This document shows positions 12,201 through 27,200 of a DNA stretch of 64,000 nt, in pieces (the first letter of the stretch is position 1; each line of letters opens with the position of its first letter). The notes below the pieces were generated by a model. The model made no database searches, was not told the origin of the DNA, and saw only the letters and a list, made by a program, of their open reading frames with translations. The DNA comes from Macrostomum hystrix (lineage: Eukaryota; Animalia; Platyhelminthes), in NCBI GenBank assembly GCA_950097015.1, contig CATNEN010000001.1, forward strand, positions 26,846,001-26,910,000, written 5' to 3'. The translations under genes and the position numbers were made by a program.

Positions 12201-15200
12201 AAGCGGTTGTCGAGACCAGCTGCGGTATCTCGGGAATATCCGAGCCGGGAGTTTGCTTCGGAAACTGGATGCCGTTAAATAGCTCGATGAGCTGGCGGGC
12301 CCGCGATTCGCTAATCTCCAGCATCAGCGAGGGCAGCTGGCCAACCATTTTCAGTCTGCAGGCACGGATTGGGCAGAATATTTTTGCAATTTCTGTTTAC
12401 CAGCTGCATAAATTGTTCTATTTGCTACTTACAGTAGGTAAGTTGAGATTTTCTAATGGGTTTTTAGTTTTATGCGAGACAACACAGGAAATTGAAAACA
12501 AACAATGGAAGAGAGAAAAACACAATGGCAGGAATTGTACAATGGAAATTTACCAGAGAATTCTGATCTCCGCAAAAACAATTTCCTTGCCCGCTCGACT
12601 CATTCCTACTCCGATTTTTGTTCTGTGCCAATTGTGCCGAGTAACAACTCAAACTCTAGTAGGCTACTCAACTCAAGCACAAGCGAAGAAGAATGTAGAA
12701 AAACAGAAATAGGGACAGAAGGAGAGAGGGGAAACTCCAGGCCAGTCTACTCAACCCCCAGTCCTCACCCCAATGACCTCTTTAGTTTTAGTTTATTTTT
12801 GTATAACAAATTTGAATAACAACAAATTTTAGCCCTGGTTAAGTAAAATGTAATAAAAAAGAAAAAACTGAAAAAGACCACGAGGGAATTTCAAATATCC
12901 ACATAATTCTTTTTTCTGTATCCCCCAAAAGACTAAACTAATCACCATAAAAATGCAGAACACGGGCTAAAATTGTTCGCTCTATCCGATGAAACAACTC
13001 CCAGAATCACAAAACGAGATATTCAACGATTCTCGTCGAAGTCCCTGGTGACAAGGCAGCTGAGCTTCTAAAGGGTGTGTACGGCTGTTCAGTCTATGAA
13101 GGTTGTAGCCTAGTATTTTGAGCGTCGGACTCACGACTTGACGGTCGGGGGTTCGATTCCTGACTCTACTGGAACAATTTGTGTCTTTAAGCAAGACACT
13201 GAACTCAGCATTGCTTCCGTTTGTCTATCTGTTAAATGTGTACCAGCATTATCTGGGGTAAATCAGGGGGTGTGACGTCCCCCCAGTCCATGGACTGAAC
13301 AGCCGTAAGCAGCCTTCAGATGCGCCGCGCAATAGCTGCGGCTGCACATCTGGCCCGATTGGGGCAGGTGTATCAATTATTATTAATTTATCAATTCAGT
13401 CATAGAAGTTCCTAAGGTCGATTCCGCGGCGAAGTGACATTTATTTGGGGCGCAGCCGCGAATAGAAGGCTTGGGGGCTTGTCGTGCAATTCACGCCTTT
13501 TTGAGGGCCAACCTCCAAGGCCCAGTGAGAGTGAAAACTGCCTGACGATGAGAAAGTCAGGGCAGATGTACACACCTGTGTAAGCGTGTGCCTGCGTACG
13601 GCATCTGTGTGCGTGTGTTTAGGAGTCAGTCATATGGGCAGAATTGCCTCCTCGCTGGCTGCGGGTCTAGTGTCACCAATTGATGTGCCATTGCCCGCAG
13701 CCCTCCTGCAATTGTTATTATTATTATATATGCACTCTAACCCACCAATGTTGGCATCTAACGCAAGTTGTTTCTAGAACTTTACAATTGAAACAATTTG
13801 AAATGTTAGAAGACACTCACTTGGGCATCCTGGGATCTGTGGTCACAATGCTCCTGTACAGTTGAAAGTCCAGCGCCAGCGGCTTCAACAGGTGGCTATG
13901 CGAGTGCGCCTGGTTGCGTAGCAGGCGCCAATCGTCACCACGGTCGGCAAACAGCAGCTGCATGGAGGACAGCCGCACCTTCAGGCAGTCGTAGGCGATG
14001 TACTTCATCTTGTCGAAGTCCAGCACTTGAGACTGGGTGCTCACTGTGGTATTCAGCTGTGAAACATTGGGCGGCGGCTCCGTGCGGATGCTCAGCTCGC
14101 CGAGGTCGAACACGAGCAGCCGCTTGCTGCTGCCCTCGCTCGGATGATAGCGCCCGGTCTCAGACAGGATCAGGTGGCTGGGCTTCAGGTCCACGCTGAT
14201 GTCACTATAGCTGCGCTGCTCAATCATGTGCTTCAGCCCGGTGGCCGTCATGTCCTTCACCGACTCAAGCTGGCTGCTCAGGACTGCCGACAGTTCGCGA
14301 AATCTGATCTCCTCCGAGGGCTCTAGGAAGTCCACGATCTTTAACACCGTGTCCTGAATAGTACAGTTCACGCAGAATGATATACAGCGAGTGACTGATG
14401 ATCATTGTGAGTCACTGAGGGTCAGTGTGTCACTGAGGGTCATTGTGTCACTGAGGGTCAGTGTGTCACTGAGGGTCAGTTGAGTCACTGAGGGTCAGTG
14501 TGAGTCACTGAGGGTCAGTGTGTCACTGAGGGTCATTGTGTCACTGAGGGTCAGTGTGTCACTGAGGGTCAGTTGAGTCACTGAGGGTCAGTGTGAGTCA
14601 CTGAGGGTCAGTTGAGTCACTGAGGGTCAGTGTGAGTCACTGAGGGTCATTGTGTCACTGAGGGTCAGTGTGAGTCACTGAGGGTCAGTGTGAGTCACTG
14701 ATGATCAGTGTGAGTCACTGAGGGTCAGTGTGTCACTGAGGGTCATTGTGTCACTGAGGGTCATTGTGTCACTGAGGGTCATTGTGTCACTGAGGGTCAG
14801 TGTGTCACTGAGGGTCATTGTGTCACTGAGGGTCATTGTGTCACTGAGGGTCAGTGTGAGTCACTGAGGGTCAGTTGAGTCACTGAGGGTCAGTGTGTCA
14901 CTGAGGGTCAGTTGAGTCACTGAGGGTCAGTGTGTCACTGAGGGTCAGTTGAGTCACTGAGGGTCAGTAACAGCACTCACGGCATCGTAGATAATCTCTA
15001 CTGGATTAGCGACCAATCGGATCCTGTGATTAACGAGTCGCAGCTCAGCGGGCTTGTCCTGGCTTGAGTCGGTCTCAGAATAAGTGCCGGTCACGCTTGT
15101 GTTGGTCCAAGTTGTTGGCGAGTCAAACGGATTCAAGTCGAAGTTTAAGCGGAACAGCCTGTCGCTGGGTCCATCGTTTGATATGTCGGAGGTGGCTGCA

Positions 15201-18200
15201 GTCCCCAGTTGCTGCTGCTGCACCAGGGTTTGAATTATGCAGGGAGCGGTCACAGCATCGCCTGAGCCCCAAAGTGACACGCTGGAGATGTCTGCCTGCA
15301 CTCTGTTGGGTTTTTGAGGATGTCAGATGGGTCATTGAGAATGTCAGATGGGTCATAGAGGATGTCAAGTTGGTCACAGAGGATTTCAATTTGGTCACAG
15401 AGGATTTCAATTTGGTCACAGAGGATTTCAATTTGGTCACAGAGGATTTCAATTTGGTCATAGAGTATGTATGTAAAATGTGTCTGGATGATGCCAATCT
15501 GGTCATAGAGGGTGTCAAGTTGGTCATAATGGATGTCGAGTTGGTCATAATGGATGTCAAGTTGGTCATAATGGATGTTATTGGCGACCAAAAAGCAAGC
15601 CAGAAAGCAATGAGAACTCACTTCAAGCAGTCAGAAGATGGGTACTGGCTCAGCTTAGCTGCGACACCCTGCAGCTGGAACTTCAGCACCTGCTGGCCGC
15701 TGTGAACGGTACAAATCTGTTATTTGTCTCATTGAAATCGTGCTAGTGTATTGTAGAAATATAGAAAAAATAAATAGGTATATAAATGCACAGAAAACAT
15801 ATACTATAGTATAGACAGTAGAATAGACTAGAGGATAGACAGTAGAGTAGATTAGAGAATGGACAGTAGAATAGACTAGAGAATGGACAGTAGAATAGGC
15901 TAGAGAATAGACAGTAGAATATACTAGAGAATAGACAGTAGAATATACTAGAGAATGGACAGTAGAATATACTAGATAATAGACAGTAGAATATACTAGA
16001 TAATAGACAGTAGAATATACTAGATAATAGACAGTAGAATATACTAGATAATAGACAGTAGAATATACTAGATAATAGACAGTAGAATATACTAGATAAT
16101 AGACAGTAGAATATACTAGATAATAGACAGTAGAATAGGCTAGAGAATGGACAGTAGAATATACTAGATAATAGACAGTAGAATAGGCTAGAGAATGGAC
16201 AGTAGAATATACTAGATAATAGACAGTAGAATATACTAGATAATAGACAGTAGAATAGGCTAGAGAATGGACAGTAGAATATACTAGATAATAGACAGTA
16301 GAATATACTAGATAATAGACAGTAGAATATACTAGATAATAGACAGTAGAATAGGCTAGAGAATGGACAGTAGAATATACTAGATAATAGACAGTAGAAT
16401 AGGCTAGAGAATGGACAGTAGAATATACTAGATAATAGACAGTAGAATATACTAGATAATAGACAGTAGAATATACTAGATAATAGACAGTAGAATATAC
16501 TAGATAATAGACAGTAGAATATACTAGATAATAGACAGTAGAATATACTAGATAATAGACAGTAGAATATACTAGATAATAGACAGTAGAATATACTAGA
16601 TAATAGACAGTAGAATAGGCTAGAGAATGGACAGTAGAATATACTAGATAATAGACAGTAGAATAGGCTAGAGAATGGACAGTAGAATAGGCTAGATAAT
16701 AGACAGTAGAATATACTAGATAATAGACAGTAGAATATACTAGATAATAGACAGTAGAATATACTAGATAATAGACAGTAGAATAGGCTAGAGAATGGAC
16801 AGTAGAATAGACTAGAGAATGGACAGTAGAATAGGCTAGAGAATGGACAGTAGAATAGACTAGATAATAGACAGTAGAATAGGCTAGAGAATGGACAGTA
16901 GAATAGACTAGATAATAGACAGTAGAATATACTAGATAATAGACAGTAGAATAGGCTAGAGAATGGACAGTAGAATATACTAGATAATGGACAGTAGAAT
17001 AGACTAGATAATAGACAGTAGAATAGACTAGAGAATGGACAGTAGAATAGGCTAGATAATAGACAGTAGAATTAGATTAGATTACAGAGAGGCGATAAAA
17101 GCCTATTAGAATTGAATAAACTTGAGCACACAATTTGAGCACAAACCCGTCGTGCAGCAGAAAGCCGAGGCTGCCCAAGTTGAAGAGCACAGACTTGGCC
17201 AGGTAGTCCTTGGGGAATGAGGTCACCTGCGGCGCGTTCTCCTTGTAGTTCACCACCGAGTACAGCTCAGACTTCTCCTCCGGCGTCATCCGCTCGAACT
17301 CAGCCCTGACTGAGTCAATGATGCTCTCCGATTGGCCATCAGCCGCGCCTGACTCCTCCTGCTTGGAGGAGCTGCTGAACCAGCCGCTGAACCAGCCGCT
17401 CTTGGAAGCTGGAGAGCTGTCCTTCTTCTTTGACGACTTGTCTTTCTTCACCTGGTTGATGTTCGATTTTTTATTGGGTCATTGTGCAATATTGGATTCA
17501 AACAAAATTTATGAGTCGCTTGAAAATTAGACTAAAATTGGTTTCCTGAGTGCATCTGGTGCAAATTGGGGTCATTGACATTCTGGAGTGAGTTTGTAAT
17601 GGGGTTCCTTACGGGTCACATATTGCGTATTATGGTCACAAGGATTATTTTTTAGTCACAAAAAACTAAAGTAATGAGGATCTGTATGCATGAGGATCTG
17701 TATGCATGAGGATCTGTATGAGACATGAGGATTTGTATGAGACATGAGGATCTGTATGCATGAGGATCTGTATGAGACATGAGGATCTGTATGAGACATG
17801 AGGATCTGTAAGAGACATGAGGATCTGTATGAGACATGAGGATTTGTAAGAGACATAAGGATCTGTATGCATGAGGATCTGTATGAGACATGAGGATTTG
17901 TATGAGACATGAGGATCTGTATGCATGAGGATCTGTATGAGACATGAGGATCTGTATGAGACATGAGGATCTGTAAGAGACATGAGGATCTGTATGAGAC
18001 ATGAGGATTTGTAAGAGACATAAGGATCTGTATGCATGAGGATCTGTATGAGACATGAGGATTTGTATGAGACATGAGGATCTGTATGAGACATGAGGAT
18101 CTGTATGAGACATGAGGATCTGTATGAGACATGAGGATCTATATGAGACATGAGGATCTGTATGAGACATGAGGATCTGTATGAGACATGAGGATCTGTA

Positions 18201-21200
18201 TGAGACATGAGGATCTGTATGAGACATGAGGATCTGTATGAGACATGAGGATCAGCATGAGACATGAGGATCAGCATGAGAGTCATGGAGATCTGTACGG
18301 ATCTACTACATATATGTTGCACAAAAATTGCAACTTCTAACTTGGAAGAACTAAAATATGCTTTAAAGGAACGCAGAAACTATCTAAAATGCAGTGCTTT
18401 AACTTTCGTGGTACGATTTCAGTGCAGACTATGATAAACCAGAAAAAAGGCAAAAAATGCTTTGGCTCTTGAAACTGGCAACTTTATTCTGAAGTTTTCT
18501 TGACTAAAAGACATATTTGGCATCACTGTTAATATGATAACGCAAAGTGGCAATTATCGATATTCTATTTCCTATCAAATTTCCACTTTAAATATTTTTA
18601 ACTGCACTGCTAAAGTTCGCCTGCACTAGTAAAGTTCACCTGCACTTAAATAGTTCATTTGCACTGGTAAATTTCGACTTTCTACATGCAAATAATTTTC
18701 CATTGATTTATTACTTCTTAGAAAGAAAACTTTATTACATAAATAAACACAGTATTAGTGATGAATCTACAATTTATCAATCGATAATATTTTCTTGTAG
18801 AAAAACTCTTCAGTTGAAAGTATGCTTCAAATTATAAAATTGTGAAAAAAATAATTAAAAATTTGGTGAATCTAAGAATTTAAAAAATTTAATCAAATAA
18901 TTGGTGCCACTAAATAGAAATTAAGTAATTCTATTCTGTGAAATGTACAATTTTTCTAAAATTCTAAAGCGTGCAAATTTTCTATTTACTAAGCAATAAG
19001 CAAACCAATTTTTTTTCTCAGAAAAGATAATTCAATAGATATTTTATAAGACGACAACATCGAGTCATACCTTGGTCTTCTTGCTCAACTATCATATTTC
19101 AAAGCGTCAATTTTTCATAATGGGAAGGGAGAGGGAGAAATAGAGGTAGAGCTTTGCGAGTCAAAAGTCACAGCATTCACAATAATTAACATATAAATAA
19201 TTTAATGAGGGTTACTAACTCTTAATAACTTAGCAAGGCAAATAGTTCTGGCACCAGACCAACTTGAAACCGCATTGAATAAATTTAATTTGAGGCAAAA
19301 CACCGGACCGACAAGTTTAAATAATTTATAGAGGACCTCAAAAGTGTCCCTGCTACCTGACAGAAAAAAAGAGTTAAAATATAAAGAAACTAGCCAGCTG
19401 CCCTCGCCCCTTCGCAGAACCAATGCAATGTCCTTGCAAACAGTTGTGGGCCCCTGGAAGGAACTAGTCCTCAGTTTTCTATTCTAAAATAGTCGGGGAC
19501 CACCTAGTGCAGACCGTCTTAACCGAGTGGTCGGAAGTTCGAATTTAGAAGTACCGATTTTTTTAAATAAAAAACTGTGGATTTTCATATCATCCAGGTT
19601 GCCAGAACTGCTTGTTCAGTGACTGCCCGAATGTGACCAAAAGCTCCTTGCACTTGTCCACTCCAAATACTGAATGAATTGACGATTGAATTTTAGCTAA
19701 AGCCGGGGTCGGCAAACTCCGGCCCACGGACCAGATGCGGCCCTCGAAACTCCCAAATCCGGCCAGTTGCTCCTTCCAACACTTATAGAATTCTGTCTCA
19801 TCTCTCATCTCTCCCCTGTCTCATCTCTCCCCTGTCTCATCTCTCCCCTGTCTCATCTCTCCCCTGTCTCATCTCTCCCCTGTCTCATCTCTCCCCTGTC
19901 TCATCTCTCCCCTGTCTCATCTTTCCCCTGTCTCATCTTTCCCCTGTCTCATCTCTCCCCTGTCTCATCTCTCCCCTGTCTTATCTCTCCCCTGTCTCAT
20001 CTCTCCCCTGTCTTATCTCTCCCATGTCTCATCTCTCCCCTGTCTTATCTCTCCCATGTCTCATCTCTCCCCTGTCTCATCTCTCCCCTGTCTCATCTCT
20101 CCCCTGTCTTATCTCTCCTGTCTCATTCTCCCCTGTCTCATCTCTCCTGTCTCATCTCTCCCCTGTCTCATCTCTTATCTGTCTCATCTCTCCTCTGTGT
20201 TATCTCTCCCCTGTCTCATCTCTCGCCTGTCTCATCTCTCCCATGTCTCATCTCTCGCCTGTCTCATCTCTCCCCTGTCTCATCTCTCCCATGTCTCATC
20301 TCTCCCCTGTCTCATCTCTCCTCTGTCTCATCTCTCCCCTGTCTCATCTCTCCTCTGTCTCATCTCTCCCCTGTCTTATCTCTCCCCTGTCTTATCTCTC
20401 CCCTGTCTTATCTCTCCCCTGTCTCATCTCTCCTCTGTCTCATCTCTCCCCTGTCTCATCTCTCCCCTGTCTCATCTCTTCCATGTCTCATCTCTCGCCT
20501 GTCTCATCTCTCCCCTGTCTCATCTCTCCCCTGTCTTATCTCTCCTGTCTCATCTCTCTCCTGTCTCATCTCTCCCCTGTCTCATCTATCCCATGTCTCA
20601 TCTCTCCCCTGTCTCATCTCTCCTCTGTCTCATTTCTCCTCTGTCTCATCTCTCCCCTGTCTTATCTCTCCCCTGTCTTATCTCTCCCCTGTCTCATCTC
20701 TCCTCTGTCTCATCTCTCCCCTGTCTCATCTCTCCTCTGTCTCATCTCTCCCCTGTCTCATCTCTCCCCTGTCTCATCTCTCCCGTCTCATCTCTCCCCT
20801 GTCTTATTTCTCCCCTGTCTCATGTTTCTACAATTAATGCGGCCCGCTAGCTAATAAGTTTACCGACCCCTAAGCTAAAGAATTGAATAATAAAAGATTG
20901 TGAAATCGATTGACAATCGAATGGAAGTTCATGATATGGTGTTGAAATAACGAAATAAAATAAAAGAAAATCAAATTGATGACAACATTTATCGAAATAT
21001 TTTCATTAAAATTTTATAATTCCTGTCTATCCCAAACTTGATTTTACGATAGTGAAATTCTCCCCGAATTCAAAAGATAAATTTTATCATTCAGGTTGGT
21101 TAGCTACTGGAACATTAGTCTGAATTTCTTGTTTTTTTGAGTGAGGAAAAAACAGAATGGGATGAGAATGTTTTAAGAAAACTAAATATGCGACGACAAC

Positions 21201-24200
21201 AGCAATTAGACATAATAGACGTGGATAATGTGTTAGGGAGCAATGGAGATGCACTTTTAACGCGCGCAGTAGTCACAGGCGGGCGGACACTGCGCGAAAG
21301 TCATTGATGGCTGCGGCATTAAGGGGCAGAGGGACGGCTTACCAGCAGCACCTTGCCATGAGCGGTGACTACCTTACTGTCCTTCATCTCTTTCATTGGC
21401 AGGATGTGCTTCTTAACAACTTTAACTGGCTTGCGCGAGTAGTGAATCTAAAACACAAACGCGAAACATGTCAAGCTTGAAGTTGCACCAGACAAGCAGC
21501 AAATTACTGTGCGGAGAAAATCACTTAGATGTGATTTTCTTCTAGATTAAATTGATCACGAAAAGCAATTAATTAACGAGTTATCCACCTATAAAAATAC
21601 CAAACATTCAGATTTGCGTAATCCAGATGATTAGCCAAACGAGAGAATGATTTGTCAGCTGAGGGAATGATTTGCGAAATGGGGGGTTGATTTGCGAAAT
21701 GGGGTGTTGATTTGCGAAATGGGGTGTTGATTTGCGAAATGGGGTGTTGATTTGCGAAATGGGGTGTTGATTTGCGAAATGGGGTGTTGATTTGCGAAAT
21801 GGGGTGTTGATTTGCGAAATGGGGGGTTGATTTGCGAAATGGGGTGTTGATTTGCGAAATGGGGGGTTGATTTGCGAAATGGGGGGTTGATTTGCGAAAT
21901 GGGGTGTTGATTTGCGAAATGGGGTGTTGATTTGCGAAATGGGGGGTCGATTTGCGAAATGGGGTGTTGATTTGCGAAATGGGGGTTCGATTTGCGAAAT
22001 GGGGTGTTGATTTGCGAAATGGGGGGTTGATTTGCGAAATGGGGGGTCGATTTGCGAAATGGGGTGTTGATTTGCGAAATGGGGGGTTGATTTGCGAAAT
22101 GGGGTGTTGATTTGCGAAATGGGGGGTCGATTTGCGAAATGGGGGGTTGATTTGCGAAATGGGGTGTTGATTTGCCATCTGTTAAGTATTTTTCTTTGAA
22201 ACAATATTCTCATAAACAAATGAAAGAGTTATCCGTTCAGGATTATAAAAGTTTTACAGAAAGAAAAACACAAAACGTACTGGAAATCACACAGTCAAAG
22301 GCAGTAGAATTAATATTCACAAGCGTTGCATGAGCACTATAAATAGAGACACAGCAAAAAATCAGAACTCTTCAATCAGGAAAGGTATTCGGGGCAATTA
22401 AAAAACATCGCAAGAACAAGGCATTACGGCTCTTACCTCACTAGCGACCTGTCTCAGAATTTGTTTCGGTGCATCAAAAATATTTGAATGAAGTTTAAAA
22501 TAATGATGAGACATTTTTCTCTGCTCAAGTAGAGTTTAGAAATGAGACTGCCAAGATATGTGCAAGTTGGTGTGCTCAAACTGGATTGCAACTGCTCACC
22601 AGTCCTTCAGCCAGCTGTCGGCACATGATAATGTTAAAAGCGTCCAGCTCCATCTCGTATCGATCCAGGGCGGCTGAGTCGTATTTCTCCTTTTTGAGTC
22701 GCTTCTTGCACAGCTTGGTGTAGCCTCGACATGCTGCTCGGTGGACCTGTTTTGCGTGTGAGTTTTGTTGACAGGTAAATATAGGATCCAGGTTCAAATT
22801 TACAGACAGATTAACACAAGAAATTTAGTATACAAGACTAGCAATGTTTGCCCCCTCTTAGAAAAGCACAGACAATTCTTTATCCTTGCTACTAAGTTTG
22901 CCTAATAGTTTACATTCGCAACTTTAGCAATTTTACCAAATTTCTGTTCAAATTTACAGACGGATTAACACAAGAAATTTGAATATACAAGACTAGCAAT
23001 GTTTGCCCCCTCTTAGAAAAGCACAGACAATTGTTTATCCTTGCTACTAAGTTTGCCTAATAGTCTACATTCGCAACTTAAATTTCAAGACCATCAAAAG
23101 ATTATGCACATCACTTGAAATTGAATTTTTTAAATTGACTTGTAAACTATAAATTTATACACAACAAGTTTACCGACTCCTTTATAATCTGGGAAACTAT
23201 TCGCCAGTTAGCAAGATTCGGTAAATTTACATTATTCGCAGACTTCTTCACAAAATTTGTCGACTTCCCAAAGCTGTAGAAATTTTTATCTTGCATGATT
23301 GCATTTCAGTGCAACAATCAGATTGCAGATTTGAAATAACTACATAGCAACTATACAATAACATCATTGCGATAATCTAATCGCACCATTCCCTAATCCT
23401 AAAGCAGCAATAATTGATGCTGACATGAGAATATATTGCTACATATTTACTATAATCTCATAGGAGCTTTGTGATACAGCTTCGCTATCACATATCAGAT
23501 TTTTACCTTTACAGTGAGTCCTTATTTGGGCCGTTTTATCACATACAGTTTTTATTCAGCTATTTCATCATTGGCTTAGAACAATACTGCCAAAACTGCG
23601 AAAATACTGCATAAATTCTCCTACAAACCAGAACTTCTCAAACAGAAAAGTTAAGCACCTTCATGCGCTCCCAGGACCACATGTTGCGTCGCCGGCGTAC
23701 AACCTCGCTGCAAACCACTTTGTAGGCAAACAGCCACTTCTCAACAGCTGTGAGTCGATCGCTTCCCGGCTTCATCCGGTACTTCCTGTACTTGTTCATG
23801 GTCACAATGCGATCAATGCTATCGCCAAACACAACCAGGGTTGTATACTGACTCTTGGAGAACTGCAGGTTGAGTTCGTTAAAGTCCAGATCGAGTGACA
23901 TTTGCGGATTGACATAACCGGCCTGCTCTGGGAAGGCCTCGTAGCGAAATTTAGCCCGAGCGGAAATGGGCTGAATGACTGCGGGTGCGGATGGGTGTGT
24001 TCTATCATGCCTATAAGGCCTTCTAAAAATATTTTTAAACACATTTTTGCTGCTTTAAATCCTTTCACATTGTAAAGTATCGATACTTTATTGATATCCA
24101 TATAAACCTCTATCGTCATATTAATGAGTCCCATTTTCATTACTTAAAATACCAAATTCTCGCTACATTTTTCATACACACTCAAAACTTTAACTATATG

Positions 24201-27200
24201 AGTACTTGTCTGTGGTACTTTGATAGTTTTAATGATTCTCGTTACTTTAATTATAACCTCGATCGTTTCTTTAAATATAACCTCGATCGTTACTTTCATT
24301 CAACTCTTTATCGCTATAAGTTAGTAAAATTTCTCATGAGCTATGATTGCCATTTCTCATGAGCTATGCTTACCATTTCTTATGAGCTATGCTTACCATT
24401 TCTCATGAGCTATGATTGCCATTTCTCATGAGCTATGATTGCCATTTCTCATGAGCTATGATTGCCATTTCTCATGAGCTATGCTTACCATTTCTCATGA
24501 GCTATGCTTACCATTTCTCATGAGCTATGATTGCCATTTCTCATGAGCTATGATTGCCATTTGTCATGAGCTATGATTGCCATTTCTCATGAGATATGAT
24601 TGCCATTTGTCATGAGCTATGATTGCCATTTCTCATGAGATATGATTGCCATTTGTCATGAGCTATGATTGCCATTTCTCATGAGCTATGATTGCCATTT
24701 GTCATGAGCTATGATTGCCATTTCTCATGAGCTATGATTGCCATTTGTCATGAGCTATGATTGCCATTTCTCATGAGATATGATTGCCATTTGTCATGAG
24801 CTATGCTTACCATTTCTCATGAGCTATGATTGCCATTTCTCATGAGCTATGATTGCCATTTCTCATGAGATATGATTGCCATTTGTCATGAGCTATGATT
24901 GCCATTTCTCATGAGATATGATTGCCATTTGTCATGAGCTATGATTGCCATTTCTCATGAGCTATGATTGCCATTTGTCATGAGCTATGCTTACCATTTC
25001 TCATGAGCTATGATTGCCATTTCTCATGAGCTATGATTGCCATTTGTCATGAGCTATGATTGCCATTTCTCATGAGCTATGATTGCCATTTCTCATGAGC
25101 TATGATTGCCATTTCTCATGAGATATGATTGCCATTTGTCATGAGCTATGATTGCCATTTCTCATGAGCTATGATTGCCATTTCTCATGAGATATGATTG
25201 CCATTTGTCATGAGCTATGATTACCAATTCTCATGGCCTTTAAAACCCTTCGTCAAACTCACCATACTGCATCTTTGGCTTTCTCGTTGAGAACACTTGG
25301 GACATTTTCGCCTGAAAAACGTAATAGAATTAGATTTAACAGGTGGGAGAGGATGGCGTGGAATATTTTGTGAATCAGTTATAATCATCTCACCTCGAGC
25401 ATCTGCTTAACGGTGAGCTTATCGTACTCATGCACCGAGATCTCTGAGTAGAAATCTGCCCTTAGCTCGGCTGGGGTCATGTTAGCCAACGAGTTGTGAT
25501 ACACCGACAGGCCCTTCAGGTCCAGCAGCTAAAGAATGAGGTATTAGAATGAACGGTCAAATAAACTACTATTAGTAGCACATAGAACTCCGAGTGAGAT
25601 TGCGATTCGATGCAGATGGGAATTATGGGGAGAGGGAGTTGGAAATTTGTATCTGGGTGAATGGGAAATTTTTTCCCATCGAACTCTGCAATGGCACAAT
25701 GACTGGGTAGCGACTGAAGGGGTGAGACAAGTATAATTATCATTTCAGTGCCCAGCTGAGAACTGCTCAATGCGTATTGGGAAATAGTGTTGGAGGAAGA
25801 CTGAGAGATTAGAAAATAAATAGTACTGAAGCAAACACAAACAGTGCCCCGTGGACTGGCGACTGAACCATTTTTTCGATGCTGAAACTGGGTCAGCAAA
25901 GAAGCAGGGAAAATTTGTGTATGTGACAGAACAGAACAGGGAAGGGGTAGAGGGAAGAGGGGTAGAGGGAAGAGGGGTAGAGGGAAGAGGGGTAGAGGGA
26001 AGAGGGGTAGAGGGAAGAGGGGTAGAGGGAAGAGGGGTAGAGGGAAGAGGGGTAGAGGGAAGAGGGGTAGAGGGAAGAGGGGTAGAGGGAAGAGGGGTAG
26101 AGGGAAGAGGGGTAGAGGGAAGAGGGGTAGAGGGAAGAGGGGTAGAGGGAAGAGGGGTAGAGGGAAGAGGGGTAGAGGGAAGAGGGGTAGAGGGAAGAGG
26201 GGTAGAGGGAAGAGGGGTAGAGGGAAGAGGGGTAGAGGGAAGAGGGGTAGAGGGAAGAGGGGTAGAGGGAAGAGGGGTAGAGGGAAGAGGGGTAGAGTCT
26301 TGAGCAAGCTTGCCTTATGAAACAGCTCAGTGACATTCTCCCTGACGGTCGTGGGCTTCCAGTCAGCGGTGGTGGTCTGAAAGCTGAATGACTCCATGCA
26401 GACACCAGTAGTGAACGGATAGTCCGGACAGGTCGCCCGGTCCTCATAGCGAATGTGCACATTGCGCACCCGCACCTGCAGATTCTTGATCACCTGCAGG
26501 GCCATTTTCTCGGCGAACCCGAGGTCCACCTTCTCCTTGGTTTCAGCCGCGGCGGCGAGGGCGGCCTGGGCCCGGCTGTCCTCAAACTGCCGGACTTTCT
26601 TCATCTTCGCCTGCACCGACAATGGAAGGAAATTTGCGATTGCCAACCAGATACATGACCTGATCTACCTGCCACTACATGACCTCATCTACCTGCCACT
26701 ACATGACCTCATCTACCTGCCACTACATGACCTGATCTACCTGCCACCACATGACCTGATCTACCTGCGACTACATGACCTTATCTACACTGCGACTTCA
26801 TCGACCTGATCTACCAGCCACTACATGACCTGATCTACCAGCCACCACATGACCTGATCTACACTGCCACTTCATGACCTGATCTACCAGCCACTACATG
26901 ACCTGATCTACCTGCTACTTTATGACCTCATCTACCTGCCACTAAATGACCTCATCTACCTGCAAGTCCACGACCTGATCTACCTGCCACCACATGACCT
27001 GATCTACCTGCGACTACATGACCTTATCTACACTGCGACTTCATCGACCTGATCTACCTGCCACTACATGACCTGATCTACCAGCCACTACATGACCTGA
27101 TCTACCAGCCACCACATGACCTGATCTACACTGCCACTTCATGACCTGATCTACCAGCCACCACATGACCTGATCTACCTGCCACTTCATGACTTGATCT

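Noticed and set aside
13101-13170. tRNA-like sequence with A and B boxes
   Set aside because: No full cloverleaf; it continues into a SINE body that has other copies
13535-13566. ctgacga...gaaa resembling a hammerhead ribozyme core
   Set aside because: Only 3 nt between the motifs, so no stem II; the sequence forms a simple hairpin
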